DNA of 64,000 nt from Octopus sinensis (Eukaryota). Below are positions 56,505-64,000 of the stretch, one piece after another. The stretch is taken from assembly GCF_006345805.1 (NCBI RefSeq), contig NC_043004.1, forward strand, positions 91,326,001 to 91,390,000. Reading direction: 5' to 3'. The first letter of the stretch is position 1, and the number at the start of each line of letters is the position of its first letter. The translations under genes and the position numbers were made by a program. The notes under the pieces are model-generated. The model was not told where the DNA came from. It saw only the letters and a list, made by a program, of their open reading frames with translations, and searched no databases.

Positions 56505-56612
56505 TAGGGTGTTAGAAACACCTATATTGCTATAAACAAGAGCTAAAATGCTCTAATACTGTAGAGCATTTTAGCTCTTGTTTCTAGCAATGGAGGTGTT
56601 TCTAACACTCTA
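56505..56612. repeat. 108-bp fold-back: 51-bp arms, 4 mismatches, 6-nt loop
   Basis: TAGGGTGTTAGAAACACC...AAAATGCTCTA atactg TAGAGCATTTT...GGTGTTTCTAACACTCTA. Confidence 0.9.
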
Positions 56613-56883
56613 GTCGCATTTAGTGACAATTATAGTTTACCTTTTTGGTAAAACATTGCACACTACTGTGTATATTAATTTTATATATATATATATACAC
56701 AAAATTTAAAGGACTGACATATATATATATGTACACATGTATTTATATATCTATTGTCGTGCACACACACACACACACACACACATGCACACTCACAGGC
56801 ACACATGTATATGTACTAACTTTTGGTGAATAGTTTTAAAAAAGTTATCAAGCCAACAATACACTGTGCATATGATGATAATG

Positions 56884-56921
<38 letters not shown>

Positions 56922-57588
56922 TCTTTCTACTATAGGCACAAGGCCTGAAGTTTTGTAGGAGAGGCACAGTCAATTCCATTGGCCCTTAGGCTCAACTGCT
57001 ACTTATTTCATCAATTCTGAAAAGATGAACGGCAAAGTTGACCTTAGTGGAATTTGAACCCAGAACATAGACAGCCAGAACAAATACTGCTCCTCATTTT
57101 TGTGGGACAGTCTAATGCTAGTAATATCAAATACTAATTTTAATACAGATTTTCAACAGCATTTGTACATTAGGTATTATCCTGTGACTTGTATCAGAAC
57201 TGAAGGTCACCCTACCTCTGTGTGTGTGTGTGTGTGTGTCTGTATCTTTTATTCTTTTCCCTTTTCAGTCAATGGACTACAGCTTAGCTGGAGCCTGACT
57301 TTGAAGGGTTTCATTAAACAAATTCACCCCAGTACTTATTTTGTTTTAAAGCCTGGTACATATTCTGTCAGTCTGTTTTTGTCAAACTGCTAAGTATGTA
57401 TACAAATTGTTTTAGTGGCATGAGGGTTAATGAAGGATGCTTTAGTGTCTTCATGTGAAACGAAGGGAAATGAATCTATATTGCAGACTCACCTTGACAG
57501 TCATGTTTACTTTGCATAATAATGCTCACCAATTTGATAAATATCAATGGAATTTCATTTGACCTACTTATTCCATCATATGCATGCT

Positions 57589-57658
<70 letters not shown>

Positions 57659-57777
57659 CATATACATACATCATATCAAAAGGGAAATGGAATTTAATTA
57701 AATTTAAATTATTCAATCAAAATTTACAATTCCAGTGGTCTAACGTGCAAAAAATTTGTCAAAAAGACTATATATCA

Positions 57778-58027
57778 ATTATACGATAGTGTATATTTAT
57801 ATACACATAAGGAATCTACACTTAGGATGAAGATTCAGCACATTAAGAGCCACAAAAATAATGGACAAGATTCGACAGGAACAAAATTTGAAATGGTAAA
57901 TGTTTTTCATTTTCAAATTTTGTTCCTGTCGAATCTTGTCCATAATTTTTGTGGCTCTCTAATGTGCTGAATCTTCACCCTAAGTGTAGATTCCTTATGT
58001 GTATATAAATATACACTATCGTATAAT
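57778..58027. repeat. 250-bp fold-back: arms of about 117 bp with a few differences
   Basis: ATTATACGATAGTG...GAACAAAATTTGAAA / TTTCAAATTTTGTTC...CACTATCGTATAAT. Confidence 0.9.
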
Positions 58028-58586
58028 GTATATACATACATATATATATGCATACATGTACACGCATATGTATGCATATCTATCCATCTGTCTATCTATC
58101 TAGCTACCAATCTATCTATCTATCTATCTTGACGTTTTTATTGTTGCTGTTCTTGAAGTTGTAAGCTAATCCCAATGTTCATCTTTTGCTATTATATGTG
58201 CTTTTTCTTTTTGATTTCTTGTTAATTAATAAGTAATTTTAAAATACTAAGATTACTTTTAATTAATTCCCTAACCACACTTTTTTTGTCAGAACAAACA
58301 CTCATTCTCTCTCTTCTCCCTCTTGTCTCGCTCTCTCTTATCTTTGAAAATGCCCATGACTCTTGGGTGTGTTTACATGCATATGTGCATGCATGTGTAT
58401 GTAATTATATATATATCATATATCCTTGTTTATGTTTTCCTTGTAAGAAATATATATATAGATCAAAACAGTTTGATTAAAATTTGTTAGTACTCTTAAA
58501 ACTCAAGAGTACCAACGAATTTGAATCAAACTGTTTTGATCTATACATGTAACTCCCAGTGGCTTTCTTTCGTTTGTCAAGTCACT

Positions 58587-58655
<69 letters not shown>

Positions 58656-59077
58656 TACAAGGAAAATGTAAGCAAAGGATATCTATGTTTCACCTCAGCG
58701 GGCATTGACAGACAGTTGGTAAACTGGTAGTTTGAAGTAATAGTCAACCTTTTCTTGGCAAAGATTATTAGATATGTAGTCAACTAACATCTACTTGATT
58801 TTACTTTAGTTTAATGTCAATTTTTTTTGTTATATATAACATTACATAAATACAGGTGTACATGCATACATATAAACATATATATACATATATATATATA
58901 TACACATGCACTACATATATGTATGTATGTATGTATATATATATGTATGTATATACATGTAAACATGTGCATATATATATGTATATGTGCACATATATAC
59001 ATACATGTATATGTGTAAATATATATATGTGTATATATAAATATATGTATATGTATATATGTATATATATACATATA

Positions 59078-59109
<32 letters not shown>

Positions 59110-59230
59110 CATATATGTATGTATATATATATATACATATATGTATATATACAAATGTGCATATATATGAATATGTATATATATATATATATATGTATAT
59201 ATATGTGTGTATATAAATATATATAAATAC

Positions 59231-59274
<44 letters not shown>

Positions 59275-59899
59275 GCATATACATTTATATACATATATAT
59301 ATTGTAAAGGACAAATATTGCAACAATAATGTCCCAGTTCAATGAGTAGACAGTATCCCTCAAGCTGTGATGAATGCAAGAGATTCTGGGAGAAAAATAT
59401 GTGCAGATGATGATGGAATTGACCAACACATGGGAAAAAAAAAAAAAAATATTAAAAAAAAGTCATAAAGAAATCCACACCTGTCTGTTTCGCGATTCTG
59501 CGACCCATTTTTGAAAGAAACTTTTTTATTGTTTAATTAATTTTGCTGCATAATTGTTGCTCATTACTTTATTGTGCTTTTACACACATACATACACAAG
59601 CACACACAAAGAACCAGTTTTATATTGGCATTCTGTAATAATGTACCTAGTCTTTGCTCTTGCTCATTTCTCTGCAGGTATTGCTGTAGTTGACGTTGTT
59701 GTTGTAGTTGTTCTTGCTGTTTCTCTTATTGCTAATTGCTGTTGTTGTTAGTGTTATTGTTTAATGTAGTTATTTTGTTTTTCAGTTTATTTTCACATGG
59801 CCAGTTTTCTTTCTTTCTTTTATTTTGCTTCTGTGTTTTTTTTTTTTTTGCATTTATTTTTTTTATTATTTTTTAAATGTTTTTGGTTAAAAGAGTGTT

Positions 59900-60570
59900 T
59901 AAGTATAGCGGCGATATAATTGATTGAAGTGTATTACTGGTACATGTTTTTAATCGAAAGCCCCGGAAGATGGAAGGCAAAGTAATCGACCCCGGTAGCA
60001 TGGTCGAATAATTAATAATAGTAATAGTAATAATAATAATAATAATGATTTTTTTTTTAGTTTTAGGCAAAAGGCCAGTTTGATGTAAGGAGAAAGATGG
60101 TAAGTCGACCAAATTGAATCCAGTATATTACTGGTACTAATTCTATTTCTCCTTCTTCTGGAGGGGTGAAAGGCAAAATTAACCTCTGGAGGCAAAATGG
60201 GCATACAAATAATAATAATTATAATAATAATAATCATAGTCTGTTTTGAGTAGGCACACAAGGCCAATTTCTGTAGTAGGAAGGGAGTAAAGTTGATTAC
60301 AACTCCAGTGTACCACTGGTATGACTGGTACTTCATTTATCGATCCCCTGAGGGATGAAAGGCAAAGTTGACCCTGGCGGGATTTGATCTCGGTATCATT
60401 AAGAAGGAAGAATTTTAATAATATCGATTTTGTTGTTAGGCAAAAAGCCAATATAATGTCTTGTAAGAGGTGGTTATAGTCAATAGAATCGGCTCCAGTT
60501 TTTTATTCTTCATTGAATCGCACCGAAGGAATGAAAGGCAACGTCACTCCTTCTGGCAAGATTCACACAA
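59900..60570 (-). mobile_element. Tandem cluster of about 4 decayed SINE copies immediately 3' of Kv1
   Basis: Repeated GAAAGGCAAAGT.GACC / GTACTTCATTTATCGATCCC motifs of the 1337 family. Confidence 0.7.
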
Positions 60571-60977
60571 TCAGAACCAACAGGGAAGATATATTATAAT
60601 TGTAATAACTATAACAACAGAAGTTCTCCTGAAAAGTGGTTCTACTGATTTTTTTTTTTAATCATTTTCGTTTCGGTTTAGGTTTTCTGTAAATAAATTT
60701 CCAAATATGTCTTTGATTCCTCTATTTAATCACCATTTAATTATTGAATTTAACTCATTTTTGTCATTCACAATGAGGGCTGTTTTCCTTATGTTACTGC
60801 ATTTAATTAATAAATAGTTTTTCTTAAACTTAATATAATAGTTTTTCTTTTCTAAATAGTTTTCTTTTTTCTTTCTTTCAGACATCAGAAGATTCTATTT
60901 TAGTTCATCTTCATGTTTTGCTTCAGTATCATCATCCTCTACTTCTTTATCTTCTTATAAACAGCAAACTCCATATT

Positions 60978-62409
60978 TCATACATCGGTTTGCATGCTTA
61001 GATTATTTTTGATATGATTAAACCCTATATTATTCGTATTGCTAATATGCCCTTCTTTCCATTTCTCCGTGTACATACTTGCTTCATCTATCTCCATTAT
61101 ATCAGACTCAACTTCCGATGTATAAGAGCTTATCTTTTCATCATAGTAACCCGTCGCTGACGTTACATGGTGGTACCTTTCTTTGTCGTCAGTAGATTCC
61201 GTGTCTCTGTGATAGAAATAATTAAAGTTCGACACAATGACCGGAACGGGCAGGGCAATAGTCAACACTCCAGCAATAGCACAGAGCGATCCGACTAATT
61301 TACCATACACGCCTATTGGCGACATGTCACCATAACCGACGGTTGTCATGGTGACGACGGCCCACCAAAAGGAATCGGGAATGCTTTTGAAATGGCTCTC
61401 TTCGGTGTCCACTTCGGCAAAATATACCGCACTGGAGAACAACACAACGCCAATGACAAGAAAGAAAATCAGTAAACCTAACTCTCGTAAACTGGCCTTC
61501 AAAGTTTGACCAAGGATTTGAAGCCCTTTGGAATGACGTGACAGTTTAAAGATACGGAACACTCTCACAAGACGGATAACCCTTAAAATAGCCAGTGACA
61601 TGTTTTGCTTGTCTTGACTATTTGTATCATTTTGAATGACAGTCCCTAAAGTAATAAAGTAAGGTATAATCGACACGATATCTATAGCATTCATACTGTC
61701 CTTAAAGAAATCCAATTTCACAGGACAGGAAGCGAAACGTATTAACAATTCCATAGTAAACCATATTATGCATCCGGTTTCAATGATGAAAAATGGCGTG
61801 CCGAATTTTGGCATGGCATCATCTACAATAATGGTATCATTGAGTAGTTCATATCGTTTGAATTCCGGTAAGGTTTCTAAGCAAAACGTAACGATTGATA
61901 TAACAATAATGCTGACAGACATTATGGCGATTACACGAGCAGGGGTAGAACTTTCTGGATGCTCAACCAGTAGCCACACACGTCGCTGGAATTCGTTCTC
62001 GGGAAGAGGTTTTTCTTCTTCTTTGATAAATCCCTCTTCTGCACGGTATTTTTCAATGACCTCTTCGCCGAGTTCGAAAAACTTAATCTCCTCCAGGAAT
62101 ATATCCAATGGAACATTAGAAGGTCTTCGAAGACGACCTCCACTGTGGTAGAAATACAGGATGGCATCAAAACTGGGACGATTTCTATCGAAGAAATATT
62201 CATTGCGGTAAGGGTCGTAATAGCGGTTCCGCTTCTTAGGGTTACCTAACAGCGTATCCGGAAACTGACTAAGAGTTCGTGTTTGTGTTTCGAACCTTAG
62301 CCCGCTTACGTTGATGATAACACGATCTGACCGCTTGTACATTCGAAGAGAGCCACTACCAGCATCCAACTGGTTGTTCTCTTCATCCGGGTTTTTTAAG
62401 TCCAGAGAC
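60978..62409 (-). CDS. Kv1.1: Shaker-related voltage-gated K+ channel (octopus Kv1.1-like); large coding exon, N-terminal start codon in an upstream exon not identified here
   Basis: T1 domain ([31 protein letters not shown]), S4 with R/K at every third residue ([17 protein letters not shown]), pore [16 protein letters not shown]6 PVP and C-terminal MQTDV. A pyrimidine tract plus CAG acceptor lies at 62410-62430 (phase 2). The Kv1 family call is near certain; the exact paralog is about 0.75. Confidence 0.97.
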
Positions 62410-63460
62410 CTGTGAGAAAAGAAAGAAAGAAGGTTATGATAAATATAGAGAATCAATTGTGGTTGATATTACTGCAGAAACATTAATAACAATTAATAAC
62501 ATTTAATATTAATAATCATCATTGCAACATAAGAAAGCAAGAAATCATAACAAAACTGAGGTGACTGTTTCAAACTGCTATCATGGGAATGATGTGGCAG
62601 CAGGGTGGAGTTGTACCCATAACAAATAGTCATTGGACCACTTCATTTGATTTAAAGGAGTTAATAACAAGGTACCATACAGATAAATAGTCCTCTGAAA
62701 CAAAGAATTGGGAGAGAGAAGATTATAGTAAAGGACAAAAAAGTGTTAGAGATTGATGAAATAAGAGAGAAAGGCCTGGAAAGGGAAGGAAAGAGATAGT
62801 GAGAGAACAAGGTGAGTAGGAAGGTGAAAAGTCATAGATAAATAAATGAGAGAGACCGACAGAAAGAGAGTAAAAAAAGGGGGGGTGTTGTTTAGATATA
62901 CATGTTAGTGTGTAGAAGAGAATAGAAAGATGTAGAGTGAGACATAGATAAATAGATGTACTAGTGTCAAGAGGAAGAGAGAAAACTAGAATTATAGATA
63001 GATGCATTTGAGTGAAAGAGAGAGCAAGGAGAGAGTAAGGAGAGAGGTAGCCAGACTGACAAACTGACGGACAAATGTGTCAGTGTCCGGATGCAGTGAC
63101 ATAAACATTGATTTTCTGGTTTGGTTGAATGGTTTAATGGATGTGATAGTTTCATATCAATGTAGTTAACATATACCCATGCTCACATGTCCATAAATAC
63201 ATACAGATACACATGTACAGATACATGCATATGACATATACACCTATAAGAATACATACGTGTACATTTGCACAAACACAAACACGCACACACACACACA
63301 CATGCACCAGAGATACGTGTGTAACTGTAAAACACTACTTCACCCAAGTTTATCATTTTTATTTCCTTTGTACATTATATATTGTTTGAAACAATAAATT
63401 AAAAGAAAAATACATATACACCTTCCTATATGTGTGTGTGTGTGTATATATATATATATA

Positions 63461-63690
63461 CTTTATTTAAAGCAGCAGAAAATTCAACAAAACCTGTTAC
63501 TCTGAGTTTCCCGTTGCCGTTCATCGGACAGTTTTTCTAGCAAAAACTGTCCGATGAACGGCAACAGGAAACTCAGAGTAACAGGTTTTGTTGAATTTTC
63601 TGCTGCTTTAAATAAAGCATATTACTCTACCACTGGTATTTGAGTACTCTTTTTTCCACCTTGTTTCACATTTATGTGTTTACTCTGGTA
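63461..63690. mobile_element. Probable Penelope-like pseudo-LTR fragment with an inverted partial copy (76-bp hairpin arms)
   Basis: Arms 63461-63536 and 63542-63617 differ by one mismatch; CTAGC loop; a one-sided tail runs to 63690; flanked by (TA)n; contains a minimal hammerhead-like motif. The PLE assignment is inference. Confidence 0.55.
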
Positions 63691-63716
63691 TATATATATA
63701 TATATATATATATATA

Positions 63717-63790
63717 CTAGCTGGTGTACCCAGTAATTCCTGGGGGTAAAGATGTTCTATTGAAACGCCCTATTACTCCGATATAGGAAA
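63717..63790 (-). mobile_element. Helitron-like 3' terminus
   Basis: The minus strand reads CCCAG-GAATTA-CTGGG hairpin, an 8-nt spacer, then CTAG|T. A similar plus-strand end (GCAACGCCGGG..CTAG|T) lies at 17072-17100. Confidence 0.45.
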
Positions 63791-64000
63791 GCAATTTCGT
63801 TATAACTGCCACAAAAGGTGTATTTTCCATCATGAAAATGTACAAAAACTGTCACCTAGAGAAGGGAGAGGTTGTCAGATGTTGTGGAGAGAGGTTGTCG
63901 GAGGTTGACAAGAGAGGTTGTCGTTCACAGAAAAACTATTGTTTTATCTTGAGAAAAGCACTGTTGAAGTGCTAAGTGAAATTTGGCAATCGAGGATCGA

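Noticed and set aside
59479-59508. AAAATGG...CAG|GTGTGG candidate first exon (minus strand); a similar one starts at 41904
   Set aside because: The best donors give phase 1 and are weaker; such patterns arise by chance in 60 kb.
60840-60885. Strong-looking plus-strand polypyrimidine-CAG acceptors (also at 29320-29349)
   Set aside because: They are equally explained as A-rich minus-strand 3' flank sequence; no downstream exon ORF or donor is evident.
61440-61500. Search for an intronic or flanking editing-complementary sequence for the I321 region
   Set aside because: By eye I found only matches of about 9 nt in AT-rich sequence; a proper folding computation is needed.
62410-62456. N-terminal extension [16 protein letters not shown] of the 492-aa ORF
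   Set aside because: It starts at TTG and runs through a branch/polypyrimidine tract and CAG acceptor, so it is intronic.

Overview
AT-rich, microsatellite- and transposon-dense animal DNA. It is almost certainly from an octopus; this is inferred from the SINE families and the channel sequence. The only intact protein-coding feature is a Shaker/Kv1 voltage-gated K+ channel exon on the minus strand (60978-62409). This single exon encodes T1, S1-S6, the TVGYGD pore and a C-terminal TDV PDZ motif, and follows a phase-2 splice acceptor. With a +7 residue offset, five A-to-I recoding sites I recall for octopus Kv1.1 (N40, S54, N105, I167, I321) all fall on the right residues with editable codons. 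The rest of the window is intergenic or intronic. It holds a decayed Chapaev-type DNA transposon with TIRs and a GGCC TSD (an empty copy of its target site lies 350 bp away); RTE, CR1 and R4/Dong LINE fragments; mariner, hAT and piggyBac MITEs; many tRNA-derived SINEs; and a 28S rRNA fragment between 8-bp direct repeats. Several fold-back structures stand out: a perfect 690-bp palindrome, long hairpins on both sides of the Kv1 exon (one carrying a minimal hammerhead-ribozyme-like motif), and inverted SINE pairs. Nearly all other ORFs in the track are microsatellite read-through. I found no evidence of a prokaryotic-type system such as CRISPR. Repeat boundaries were read by eye and are approximate unless a TSD or TIR is given.
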